Shown here: one piece after another, positions 51,186 through 63,426 of the stretch
Layout of the letters: each line of letters opens with the position of its first letter
Position numbering within the stretch: position 1 is the first letter of the stretch
Source of the DNA: the human T2T-CHM13v2.0 reference genome, Homo sapiens
Reading direction: 5' to 3' (one strand)
Length of the DNA: 64,000 nt
NCBI RefSeq assembly: GCF_009914755.1
Contig: NC_060942.1
The notes under the pieces: model-generated
The model's input: only the letters and a program-made list of their open reading frames with translations
Database searches by the model: none
What the model was told of the DNA's origin: nothing
Program-made: the position numbers and the translations under genes

Positions 51186-53856
51186 CGGGTCAGTAAAGAG
51201 GCCTGTGGCATTCCTCAGGGTTTTTAGGTCAAAGTTCTCCCAGCTGGGAGTAACGATATCAAAAGACCCCTGCACTTCCCAAATTTCTACAAGCGGAAAG
51301 CAGGCAGAGAAAGCCGCTCACCCCCAGGAAGGCGGCTCTTCAACGTTCTTTTAAATGCAGCTGGCGGGGATGGAGAGGAAGAGCTCCCGCAGGCAGCCAG
51401 CAGCAGTGGACAGTGAAGCCCAGCTCCAGGGAGGGCCTGACAGGGTGCTCGGCCCCCACACCTGCCCCCAGGACTTCGGGACTTAGGCACGGGACGGGCA
51501 CTGTCTTCTTCTGTGGTTCCACCCAGCTCCACCACTGGGCGTGGGGCCTGGTGCGGGCGGCAGATCGTCCTCACTCATCAGGGCTACAGACCAAGAGGAG
51601 CTGCACCTGGTCCTGGCTCAGCTCATGAGACTGTGAGACCCAGGACTCCCGAGAGACGCCGCCCTGCGTGAATGCACCAGAGGAGGCTGGAGGTGTGTGG
51701 CGGGGACGAGGACTCAGCACAGACTCCAGCGCCCGTGAGGAGCCCAGGCAGGAGCAGGCCACCACCACGGGGCCTGACCGTGCATCCCTGCCAGTCTGAC
51801 TGCCTGCCAGTCAGACCACGCTTCCAGCAGGGTCGCTGAGTTCTTCTGAGTCAAAGTTTAAGAACAGAAAACGCAGATTGCTTCAAAGAGGATTTGACTT
51901 TTTAAGCCAGACTGGAGTGCAGCTTTTCAGGACCAGCGTTTCTCGCCTCGCGGTGAGACCGCCGAGGAGCCACAGTGGGTTTGCCCGGCCTTTCCGAAGA
52001 GTGGGGCTGCAACGGCGGGCACGGGGAGGAAAGCTTCACCAGGCCCAGCCATGAGGAATGCAGTGTGGACTCCTGGATCTCTCGGGGTAACCGGGTTAAT
52101 AAGTGACCACAGAGCAGAGCATCTCTGTGATATAAAATATCACAACCCAGGCTGGCAGGGAGGCACATGTAATACCTGATGCTGTCTTAGGTCCACATCT
52201 GAAAGACTTCCAGAGATAATTAGGGAAAATGAAGACAGAATGACAAGTTAAGAAAAGCAACTTGGAGGGATGGACAGATGCAATTATTCTAAGGAGATGT
52301 CTCTTTGAGGGTTCTCTTCCTCATCAGGCCCAAATCTGACTATTAATTAAGTAATTCCACTAAAAAGGAGAAAAGAAATCACCCATAACTTTCTTCAAGC
52401 ACCACTTTGTAAGCATTAGCCCCTTCATTTCTACTTGCGGCTACGAGGGTATAAACCTGTAATTAACAACTTTGTGATTGCCTCTGCAATAGTAATTGCC
52501 GTGTAAGGCCTCGAGGTACTAGGAATGAAAACTTGTTTCTCTCCCGGCTCTCCCCTGGTCTCCACCCCACTTCCAACTAGGTCCACTGGCTGCTACTTGG
52601 ATCTCGCCAAGACTTCACCTTTCACAAAAACTTTGTGTGAACAGGGCAGTTCCCGCACTGTGACCTCTTCCGGAGGCAATCAGTGCAGATGCTGTGGTAA
52701 TTCCCTCCTCACGGAGCAGCCGGGAAAGGGGAAAAAAGCATATACAGGCTGGGCTGAGATTACATTATCAATTATCATGAAACTGTCTGCAACTTCAAAG
52801 GGCTTCGAAGCTGGGGAAAGCACGGTTTATCATGGCTGTAAGAGTCCTGCAATTATCTCCTGTGTCACCCAGATGGAGAACAGTGTGCGGGCGGCCAGCT
52901 CCAGTCTGGTGGGGAGAGCCTGCACGACGGGAAAATAGAAAAGAAACATTTTCTTTGGAACATGAATCATTGGTTTTGGATCAGATATTGACAATAAGCA
53001 GAATCTTGGCTGCATTAACCACAAGCACCTCCATCCAATAGAGTCAAGCATCTACACAGGGCAAACATTTCATCAGCAAGTAGACGTGCCATGCTTTCCT
53101 TCTCTCCCTGAAACTGTAATTTTTAGGTAGGTCAACAGATGTTTAATAGTGTGTCAAAGAGTGATACATCAATAGTTTGTAAAGCTACAAGATGTTTGCG
53201 CTCAGCCATTCCCAGAAGGGCTCACGCCTGTGAATGCAAAAAAACAGCGGCAAGGAAAACACACGTTTGGAAGCAAAACTTCAGCAACTGACATCACTTC
53301 CTGATGAGACTTTAGGGGACTCTTTTTTTTTATTATTTGCTTATTTTGGGATGTTTCCAATGGGATTAATAAGACTTCAATATGACCCACAGGATCTTAG
53401 AACTAACGACAACAATGGAAAATTAATGTAATGTTTACTGATACAGAGGAAAGTTCTCTGGCTTAAAAGATACCACATAAAAAACAATTAAATTCTCATG
53501 CAGTCACAAGATGAGTTCCTGGGCAGCCCACAGGCTGTGTGCCATGCACCCGGGCAAAATTCCTCTGCGGCTGTGTGCTCAGCCTTCCCTGTACTGGTTC
53601 CATGAGGTCCCCACTTCTCCAAATCCGCCTAACCCTGGAAGCAAACCATCCACCACACTGCTGTCCCCCTCTCTCTCCCTCCCTGACCCACAAGGGTCAG
53701 TCAGGTGCCACCATTTCCAGCACGATGGGAGGCACCACTAAAGGCAGGCCCAGGCTCCGGGCATCTTTGGCCGTTGACATCTCTCTTCTCAGCTTTCTCT
53801 CATGAGAGAACAACAGGATTTCTCTTGCACTGGCTCTCCATTTTAACTTTAATTAA

Positions 53857-53958
53857 CCTAAATTCCCAAATATATATATATATATATATAGCCTAAATTC
53901 CCAAATATATATATATATTAAAAAACCTAAATTCCCAAATATATATATATATATATAT
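53857..53958. repeat. Triplicated CCTAAATTCCCAAA(TA)n module
   Basis: Three copies, each followed by a (TA)n run. Confidence 0.9.
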
Positions 53959-53959
53959 T

Positions 53960-54017
53960 CGGAGTTCAGTGATGCAGTCTCGGCTCACTGCAAGCTCTGC
54001 CTCCCAGGTTCACGCCC
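53960..54017 (-). mobile_element. Short AluY right-arm fragment
   Basis: TCTCGGCTCACTGCAAGCTCTGCCTCCCAGGTTCACGCC (Y-type GCAAGCTC and GTTCACGCC). Confidence 0.8.
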
Positions 54018-54499
54018 AGATATTTTTCAATAGCACAGACAAGGGCAAAGTCGCCTACACATTTTTGTTTCATTGCATAGACCCAACTTTTAAATTCACA
54101 ATATTATGTCAATGTAATTGATTAAATGAAATATATAGAATGAATTTCCTTTTCTTATTTTCTTTTTGGAGTTCAAGTATCTCTTCACTTGTTGTAAAAG
54201 TAACAGATGACTATTGCTAAAAAATGAGAAAGGATAAATCAGCATTCTTTTTAAGACCACCCATAATTCCAACATCCAGAGGCAATCAATGTTAATATGT
54301 TGTCTATTTCTTTCTAATCTTCTGTGTATTTTTATATTTTGACATCATATGGTTCTTACAGTTTTAATTCTCCTTTTTTCATAAAATTTTCTTAATGGAT
54401 AGTTTTTTCATGTCCTTGTAAACTCTTACAGATAATCTTAAAGGGTCTGCAATAGTCCTTCTTGCAGACAATACTAGTTATAGCTATGATACTGATGTA

Positions 54500-54730
54500 T
54501 AGCAATGGTTACCACGCTGAGCTGGCCACTCTGCTGAGCACTGTAGATGAGCTACTTTGTCTTCACAAGAACCTGATGAGTTCGGTATTCTGATCTCCAT
54601 TTTATAGATGAAAGAACTGGAGCAAAGAAATTAAGTCTCTCTTCCAAGATCTCTAGAAGAAGAAGGTTCAGCAGAACCCAGACCCCCATGCAAGTGTTTC
54701 AGCTCCAAAGCCACCTGACCCTCCATTGCT
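54500..54730 (-). mobile_element. MIR
   Basis: TCTTCACAAGAACCTGATGAG..GGTATT..ATCTCCATTTTATAGATGAAAGAACTGGAG. Confidence 0.7.
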
Positions 54731-56238
54731 ACCTGATCATTCACTCCCCTCTTTCACTATCATTTAACCGTGCAATTGTTTCCAGTTTTTCACTGTACAG
54801 ATCTGTTTTAATGTATCCAATTTCTTTTAGCCACTCAAAATGTATCCGGAGCAATTGAGATGTAGCAAAATTAGTTTACAGTATTTTGTTTCTTTCTTAT
54901 TTCCTATTGCAACTGTTAATGGCAGTTCAGGGGTCTGAGGGTGGGCATAGGGGAGAGAGAAACAGAAGCCAAGAACCCAGGTGTTCCATAAAACAAAAGA
55001 GAGAACAACAACAACAACAACAACAAAACAGTCCTGTTAAGAGGTTGATTGTGTGACCTGGGAGTCAAGGAGAGACCACGTTGGCCTTCTGCAAGTCTTA
55101 ATTAACTGCTACTCCTATCACAGGACAACGGCCCAGAAATTGACAAGATCATCTGCAGCACAGTGAAAGGCCTGCCCTGGCTGGGAGAGCCGAGGGACCC
55201 AGCTCACAGTGAAAGGCCCGCCCCGGTTGGGAGAGCCGAGGGACCCAGCTCAGATGTAACTCTGCCTCCCGTGGGGGCTTTGGAGGCTTCATTAAAATGA
55301 GCAAGCTGGCAGAGATCATTTCAAATGATGCTGTCTTGCTTTAAAACATCTATAATTCCAATTTACAAAGGGCCAACCAACCCACAGAAAAAATAAATAA
55401 TAGACGTTTACTCTGGGAAACTAACCCAGTGACCCATATGTCACGAGGCCGCCATCTACAGAAAGTCCTTCATGGGCGGGTGTCCACATCATTAAAACCA
55501 CAGTTTAATGGCTGCTCATTGGCATCCTTGTTAGCATTTTTAGAAGAAATATTCAAATGAATGGATTTCCCTTTCCACGTTGAAAATCAGAACAACCTCT
55601 CATGGAGACTCCACTTTTGTTTCTAAACAGACACCATGAGTGTCTTCTCCAGCCTGGCGGCCATCTGACATCTTCATGCTCCAAACCACTTACACATTCT
55701 TTGAAAATTAAAGCCTAATTCTCTCTTTTGCAATGATGTTTTTTGCTACCTATTAATGAGTGAAATTGCTAGTCCAGACATGCTAGAAAAGGAATAAGCG
55801 CCAAGCTGAAAAATGTTTGGCTTTCATGTATGTGCTTCTCTGAGATAAAATAAAACGATATGTAATCTTGAATTATGTCATGAGGCATAATGCTGTGATT
55901 TCCTGGAAAATGTGGAGCTAATCAGTTATTCATTTAGGAATTAACTAGAGCATCAATTGTCAGATTAAACTCCTTTAAAATTCTCAATGTCCTTTTCTTG
56001 GTGTTAACACTCCAAGTATACTGAGTCCTTTGTGTATATTTGAGCAGGAAAGAGGAGAAGGCTTTCTCATGTGCCAAACGGAAAAAAAAAAACAAAAGTA
56101 TCCTTTGCTTCAGTTGTTAGGCAAGCACTTGGTGATTTGCCGCACTGGCTCAGACACTCAAAGCAGCAGAAACAAACTCTGCCACATGTGTGTCCAACAG
56201 GCAGAGCAGTAACTACTCCGAACTTCCAAATACAGGCT

Positions 56239-56309
56239 GATGTCACTGGGGGATGATATCCTCTGGCTTCTGACCACAGAAGCCAGAGGATATCTTCTCT
56301 AGTCACATC
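56239..56309. other. Inverted repeat / hairpin: 18-bp perfect stem, 4-nt loop, imperfect extension to ~33 bp per arm
   Basis: GATATCCTCTGGCTTCTG (56255-56272) ACCA CAGAAGCCAGAGGATATC (56277-56294); the flanks GATGTCACTGGGGGAT and TTCTCTAGTCACATC also pair. Confidence 0.9.
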
Positions 56310-57420
56310 CACAAATCCCATAAATCATGGCACCTACCTCTCCAGCCCCCACCTTTCTCTGCAGACACAAACTCAAGCTCTAAAGACAATTCCTTCATGT
56401 GCTTCACTGGCTGAAAAGCAGCAAACTGTAGCCCAATATATTCTCACAATAGATAATCTGCAAAAGATGAAAGATCACACTACTTGATTTTGACAAAGGT
56501 TTTATAATTCCCTACATAACACACCCAGTATTTTTGTACGTACAGGTGTTTTATCTTGCACTCGTGGGCCTTCGCATCATTTGAGCACCGCACATATTTT
56601 CCTTCTGTCTATATTTGGTTTGACAATGTGTATTGAGAATCTCCTACATGCCAGATGATGAGGTCAAAGCAGGGAAAGATACAACCCTCTGACTTCCAAC
56701 CTCGGAGCCACCTGAGTGGAGGGGGAAGATGGGCATATATTTTGTATAAACTCAAAAATGATGAATAACATTTTCAACTTTTTAAAAAAAAGTTTAAAGC
56801 AGCTGGAAATGTTTCAGATATTGCTTTACTTTTACTTTTCTCCCTACATCTTTAGTTTGGTATTTTAAAAAAGTTTTTATACCTATCCTGTTTTGTATAC
56901 ATGTTTTCAAAGAAAGAATTTCTTCCAAGGTTTGTGACCTTTTGATGGGAAACCTGGGGTGTGTATCTCTCCATTTGTGTGGGCAGTGCTGTAAAAGCTC
57001 CTATTTATTCAAATCTGCCTGGGAAAAATGTAAGGTCTGAAGCTACAGGCCACAGAGCAGCAACAGATGTGACATATGCCACAGGAGTCACCATTAGGAA
57101 TGGGAGTTTTCTCAAAGACTTTTGCTGAAAGCAAAGGGTTGAAATAGCTATTACCTATGGCATGCAAGTGTAAGGACACAGGAATCACAGCTTAGTTCAT
57201 AACGTGTTTTGGAAACGTCTAACACGTAGAACAAGATATGTACAAGGTTTATCCATCTGAGTTTATAATAAACAGGCAAATACATTTGCCAGGATATCTA
57301 CTTCCATGACCAAATGGTGGTACTTCTTTCACCTAAACCATTTAGCTAAACAGTGTCACCGTCATCATTACAGACATTTGGCATATAAAAAGAAGGTCTA
57401 GACATAACAACATCATAAAT

Positions 57421-57657
57421 TTTCTTTTTCTTTTTTTTTTTTTAATTTTTGAGACAGGGTCTCACTCTGTTGCCTAGGCTGGAGTGCAGTGGTATAATCA
57501 GGGCTCACTGCAGCCTCAACCTCCTGGGCTCAATCGATCCTCCCACCTCAGCCTTCTGAGTAGCTAGGACTGCAGACACATGCCACCACATCTGGCTAAT
57601 TTTTTTATACATGTATATTTTTAGTAGAGATGGGGTTTTGCCATGTTGCCCAGGCTG
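57421..57657 (-). mobile_element. 5'-truncated AluJ
   Basis: GAGACAGGGTCTCACTCTGTTGCCTAGGCTGG...CTCACTGCAGCCTCAACCTCCTGGGCTC...TTGCCCAGGCTG; probable TSD ATAAATTTT at 57415 and 57658. Confidence 0.9.
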
Positions 57658-57669
57658 ATAAATTTTACT

Positions 57670-57676
57670 TCTTTCT

Positions 57677-57707
<31 letters not shown>

Positions 57708-57987
57708 GTCTCCCTCTGTCACCCAGGCTGGAGAGCAATACCACAATTATAGCTCACTGCAGGCTGCAGCTTTGAACTCCTGAGATCAAGGGCTCCTCTT
57801 GCCTCAACCTCCTGAGTAGCTGGGACTACAGGCACATGCCACCATGCCCGGCTTGTTTGTTTGTTTTTTTGTTTTGTAGAGCTGGGGTTGTTGCCCAGGC
57901 TGGTCTTGATCTCCCATCCTCAAGCGATCGTCCCACTTCAGCCCCCCAAACTGCTGGGATTACAAGCATGAACCACCACTCCTGGCC
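57670..57987 (-). mobile_element. AluJ
   Basis: Long poly-T, then CTCTGTCACCCAGGCTGGAG...GGGATTACAAGCATGAACCACCACTCCTGGCC. Confidence 0.92.
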
Positions 57988-58075
57988 AATTTCCTCTATG
58001 TGCATATTTTCCTTCCTAAGCTAAAAATTAACATCATTTTTATGTACTAAGCACTCCTAATAATGAAAGTTAAGA

Positions 58076-58240
58076 GGCCAGGAGTGGTGGCTTACATCTG
58101 TAATCCCAGCACTTTGTGGGGCTGAAGTGGGAGGATGGCTTGAGCCCACAAGTTTGAGGCTGCAGCGAGCTATGATGTAGCACTGCACTCCAGCCTGGGC
58201 AACAGAGCCAGACTCTGTCTCTAAAAAATAAAATAAGAAA
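58076..58240 (+). mobile_element. Monomeric Alu (FRAM / AluJ-type single arm)
   Basis: GGCCAGGAGTGGTGGC...TTTGAGGCTGCAGCGAGCTATGATG..CACTGCACTCCAGCCTGGGCAACAGAG..A-tail. Confidence 0.9.
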
Positions 58241-58994
58241 GTCAAATAAGAAAACATTAGGTCAAGAACTAGAACATCAATAGACAGAAGCCAGTTTTCT
58301 AAACGGTCATGGACATGTTTCATGTCTGCAAAAGTTACCATATTGTATAAACATAGAAGAAATGATCATGAAATAACAAAGCTTAGACAAACGCACTCTG
58401 ATTAACAGACACCATGAGCCCTGGCTGCTGAAGCGGTTGCTGTGGGCAGCCTCGTGGTTTTCCCCCTGGTTTTGCCTCACTCAAAGCATTTTTAGGGTTC
58501 CCCTTTTGTAATTGTCTTCAGAGTCAGTTAGGAAACCAGTTTAGAAAACCCAAGTCCCTTATTTTATGACTATACTTATATTTTTACCAAATTGGTTATG
58601 CAGCTCACATACTTACCCTACTCATCATACTCCATTCCAAAGAACTTGAGTCACTCACATTAAATCACTTCCATGCAGAGGCTCACACGTCTTGGCCATC
58701 AGCGAGATGCAGAAGGGTGAGCTGCAGGCCATGGAGGTGGCTCAAACACAAACTGTTCAGTATTTTCAAGCAATACCAGGTTCTTTTGACCAAATGAACA
58801 AGTAGGCTCTGGGAGTGACTTTCCTAAAGAAGGCATTATTCTGATTCATATACATTCTGTATGTGTTTCTAGTCAGACCTTCAATGCCTTCAGAAGGCCT
58901 ACGTGCTAGGGAGACAAATATGCCATCCTAATTTCATTTCAAGATTTGAATTACTTTTGTTATAAATACAAAATTCTTATGATTTTATTGTTAA

Positions 58995-59243
58995 TAATAA
59001 AAGTACTGACTGCTATGTAACAGCATTCACCAAATGCTCTGCACATATTACCTCACTTAATCCTCACAACAACCCTCTGAGACGGGGATCACTATCTTAC
59101 GAAATTTTTCTTATGAAAACACTGAGAACAGAAAGATTAACAATCTTTCCCTAGGTAGCACTGCTTGGAAATTTCAGTGCCAGCCACCAGTCCTAGTGTT
59201 TTGGGTGCAAGACCTACATTCTTAATTCTCAACCACTGTGCTT
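58995..59243 (-). mobile_element. Near full-length MIR
   Basis: ATATTACCTCACTTAATCCTCACAACAACCCTCTGAG...GAAAACACTGAG...CTCAACCACTGTGC. Confidence 0.85.
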
Positions 59244-60040
59244 AGCTGGATGTGGATGTGGACGGTGTGCCAGGTATGAGATGGCGACCAGAAACAGTGA
59301 AGGTCTCACAATCGCGGACTGGCATTTCCGTGGAGGAAGAATAAAGCAATGACAAGGCTGGCAAGGGACTACAGGGTCCTCGGTGAGTGAGGACAGCAGT
59401 GTGGGGATGTGGAGCCTGTTGGGGAGGAAGGAGAGCTGGGGCCCACCTTGACTCTGCACCAGTACGGGTGGAAAGGGACAAATCGGCTCCACAGGCCCCC
59501 AAGGCCAGGCAGCAGCTGACATGCTTGTTGAAACCCTGCCCTGTGGAGCTGCATCCCCAGGGCACTGTGTGGTGTGGCAGCTGATTCTAGACCTGGAGAG
59601 CCTGACTGCAACACCACGGCAGTTCTCCAGCTGCAGGAGGTGTGGGAGGTGGCATCACTGAGCCTCTGTGACCTTGCAGGTACAAGGACCTTCAGAACAC
59701 GGCCTCCCCTACTGGGTCTTGGGAGGGCTCAACACATGGCCTTCTCTGAACAAAACTCAGCAGAAATCATGCTGAATTCCGGACTATGTTACCGGGTAGT
59801 ATGGTGCAACTCTTATTCATTCAACAAACAATTGTGAAACAGGAAGAGTGCATTTGGCCCAAAAATAACCCCTAGATCAGCGCTCTCCTAACAGAAAGCC
59901 GGATGCCCAGCCTCAGCAGAAACCAGTGGGGCTTCTCAAAAGAAACACTTCAATTCAGCTCCATGGAACTCAGTTAAATCCCTTTATAACAAATCTCAGG
60001 CAGAAGCACTCTATAGAAGGAAAGGACAATCTCTCTCCTC

Positions 60041-60054
60041 CCAGCAGAGGGCGT
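60041..60054 (+). promoter_or_regulatory. Candidate CTCF site
   Basis: CCAGCAGAGGGCGT matches the core CCASYAGRKGGCRS at 13 of 14 positions; motif only. Confidence 0.45.
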
Positions 60055-60454
60055 GCTGATGGCAGACGGTGCTTGGAGCAGCAAAGTTAAGGAGACTGAG
60101 GCCCTTGGAGTTTGGGGTTTGGTTTGGTTTGGTTTTTAAGCTTTTTTTTTTTTTTTTTTTTTTTTTTCAGATCTTAACCTGTATAAGGCTTGGGAAAGCA
60201 ATAGCCAGAAAAGACAAAACTAGAGCTTTGTGTGGTGACGGCATCATGTCCGCTGACAGCGTCCAACCTCCCTTCATGGGATGCTCAGTGAAGAATGTGT
60301 AAAGTTCAAAGCAGCCCGGGGGCAGCTGCCCGCCTGGAGCGCGTCTGGACCAAGTTTGGCATCCGTGTGGCTGGGCCGGAGTGCAGAATCTCAGGGTGGC
60401 TGTGGCTTGGCCCATCCCGTTCCCCAGGCTCCAAAAGACACCACAAGGAAGAAC

Positions 60455-60603
60455 ACCAAGGTGTGGCGGCCCTACCGGTGTTTAGCGCCTGGCCACAGCC
60501 ACCAAGAGTTGTGGCGGCCCTACCTGTGTTTAGTGCCTAGCCACAGCCACCAAGAGTTGTGGCAGCCCTACCTGTGTTTAGCGCCTGGCCACAGCCACCA
60601 AGG
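60455..60603. repeat. Tandem repeat, 3 x 48 bp
   Basis: CCAAGAGTTGTGGCGGCCCTACCTGTGTTTAGCGCCTGGCCACAGCCA. Confidence 0.93.
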
Positions 60604-63142
60604 ACCCCCTGCTCGCTTGAGGAAGAAAGGATTCTAAGTTATGGTGAGAAAACCTGCATTCTCAGCCCTTCCACTGAGTTAGCTGTGCGTCCTCGGCAGG
60701 TCCTTGAGCAGCTAAGAGTTACCTCCTCTACAAAACAAAACCACTCACGTGAAGCATGGCGTCCAGGCAGGGCTGCTGCGCCCTGGTGAGGACAACTGGG
60801 GTGTGCACCCGTTTCTAAGCCTCCTGCCCCTTCTCGGAGTGCCACCTCCTTCCCTGCGCTCCGTCCTGGGTCCACTTCCCAGAGGCCCCCCTATCTGCTG
60901 GACACCATGTCCTTCTCGCTCCCTGCCCTGAGCTGAGTGCACTTGAGGGCTGCCTTGCAGTTTACACATTTTAACAGGAGGCTTTTTTTTTTAATTCTAA
61001 AAAGCCTGTAAGTTCAACATAAATTAATATCTGAAGAAATTGTTTCCAGAATATGGCAGGATATAAAGTAATATTTTGGGTTCAATTTAACAAATTTTAA
61101 AGAACACTCTACACAATGCTCTAAATATTTCAAGAGATGAATAGCTTAGGGTTCTCTACCCTCAGAGAGTTTTCAATTCGGTGGAAGGCAGTTGGGTGGG
61201 GGCAGGGGGACGAGATACCACACAAATATGGGAAGCAAAGCAAGATAGAGCCACAAAAGAAGAAAAAAAAATATTTCAGGAATTCAGAGGCCAATGATTC
61301 GCATCCAATGAGTTGGGAAAAGCAGGAAGTTTCCAAAGAGGCTGACCTTTGAAATTGGCCTGAGATTGGATAAGACTTCCTAAGTGAGCCGGGGCAGGAA
61401 AGGTGGTCGGGGACCCAGGCAGATCCCACGAGCAGGGACGTGCCTGCTCCTCAGACCTCACAGCGGGCCACAGCGACTCCACCCACCTCTCCCATGGCAG
61501 GTACAGCTAAGAGATACCACTTGCTACAGTGGTTTATACTGGAGAAGACTCGCTGCAATCACAATCTGATAGGAAAATGCAGTTGGTGGAAATAAAGCAA
61601 GAAACCTCAAAAATCACAGATGAATGAAAAGTACATGAAGCAAGGTTTTGCAACAAGCTGTCTACATTCCAAGGCCCCCAGAGCATTCATTTGGAAACAG
61701 ACGGGCGTCCATACGACCGGTTTTCTCAGGGAGTTTCAAAGGAAGCCCTGCTTTTGTTCGGATGTCCTACTTAATTAATGCAAAAGGGAAGATGTGCTGT
61801 GTTACCTGCAGTGAAATGCTCAGTTCTGCATTTCACAGATACCACATATCCTCAACCACGGGCAGTACACGGGAAGTTACTCACTTTGCACCTATTAAGG
61901 CTAAGTAGTACGCAATTTGCACATTTCATGGAATTGTACAAATATTTGGCATCATTATGAGCAATCTTTAAAAGTGCTCCATTAAACTCAGCTTCTAATT
62001 ATGATGATCGAGGAGGAAGGCTGTGGTTTGCAGCAGGAATTGCAGAGATTGTCATGAAGGGCATCTGGTTTAGAATTCAGCTTAAATTCGGAAGACACAC
62101 ACTACATTTAGTAACATAGCCCGCTGAGGAACACTGATGGAAAGCCTGGGAAACCATAAACGGTGCTCGCATTTCTAGAGTGGAAAATGTTCTAAAGTTT
62201 GTTCACTGCAATTCACATTGTATTTTGTAAGGTTTCTTGGTTCTCATTCAAGGCACCAAAAACACAGCAGAGAATTTTATATTAATTGGAACATTAATAA
62301 TGCATTTCTAAAGCAAATGATGTCTTTCGGATTTCAAAGGAAATTTCAGAAATGTGTGGCCAAAGTGTTCTCTGCAGCTCAGCGGGCTGAGCCCATCATC
62401 AGGGATTCATGCGAATGGATTTCTTCTGGAGATCCATTGGCACTAAATAAATTGGTGGATAAAGTAAATGCATTCACGTAAACCGGTTTGATTAGCACCT
62501 CTCGCCCTTCTAAATGAAGGAATAATATCCTGTGATTCTCTAACAGACGCTATTTCAATGGTGTCTGTTCAACATGCACAGAATCCCTTAAAGATTACAA
62601 TTGTATTAAAAGCCCCAAACATTAATTATATCCGCCAGAACATTTCACAAATGGGAAGAAATCTTTAGGGCTTTCTGTTCCTCAAGTGCCATGAAACACT
62701 GGAAGTGTATTCACAACAACAGCAAAACACCAACACCGTCCCATTCCAGGCTGGTCTTGTCACCTGAGCGCGCACACCGGCCCTCAAGGCGCCAGCCTGG
62801 TCCTGCCTTCTCTGCCCCCTCACTGATGTTGGGGGGCCTCACACCATCACGACTTCTCTGAGAACACTGACCATGTTTTCTCAAATGCCCTTGCACTCAC
62901 CCAAGCACAAAGAGGTGCCCAGGTCATGACCGCGGGTTAGCGCGACGGTGGCTGAGCCAAGCTTCCCTCCTCACTTCAGACCACGCAGCCGGCTGGAGCC
63001 TGTTGTGCGTCCCAGCGGCCACTCCTCCCTTTTTCCTCAGCATCATCCCTGGTGTTTAGATGGGCATATACCTTTGGAAAGATCCTACTGCTTCACTACT
63101 TCAATTCAAACCAGTTTGCTATGTTTTTCTTGAAACTTTCAG

Positions 63143-63426
63143 GATTGTGTTTCTGCCTAACATCAGATGAAGAGGAAGACTGCGTATATAATGAAAAAGA
63201 CTACAGGCCAAAGAACATCCTGATGGAAATAAATAGGAGCATAATAACTGCAAATCCTACAACAGACCCCGAGAAAAGGTTTGAGAATATCGCAGTGGAT
63301 GCACTTGGAAAAGGCAGTAAACCACATGGGAAGGCCCTGGGAAGACAAAGACTCAGCAGGAGAACAATGGGTGTCCCTGCTGCAGACGACCAACCAACGG
63401 AGCGGAAGATGACGTCCAAACATCAT
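63143..63426 (+). other. Candidate internal exon (alternative acceptor at 63167), transcript unidentified
   Basis: Acceptors TTTTTCTTGAAACTTTCAG|G and CTAACATCAG|A; donor CAT|GTAAGA; purine-rich body with one frame open throughout. Confidence 0.35.

Noticed and set aside
51794-51816. 9-bp inverted repeat GTCTGACTG-CCTGC-CAGTCAGAC
   Set aside because: A few 9-bp stems are expected by chance in 64 kb
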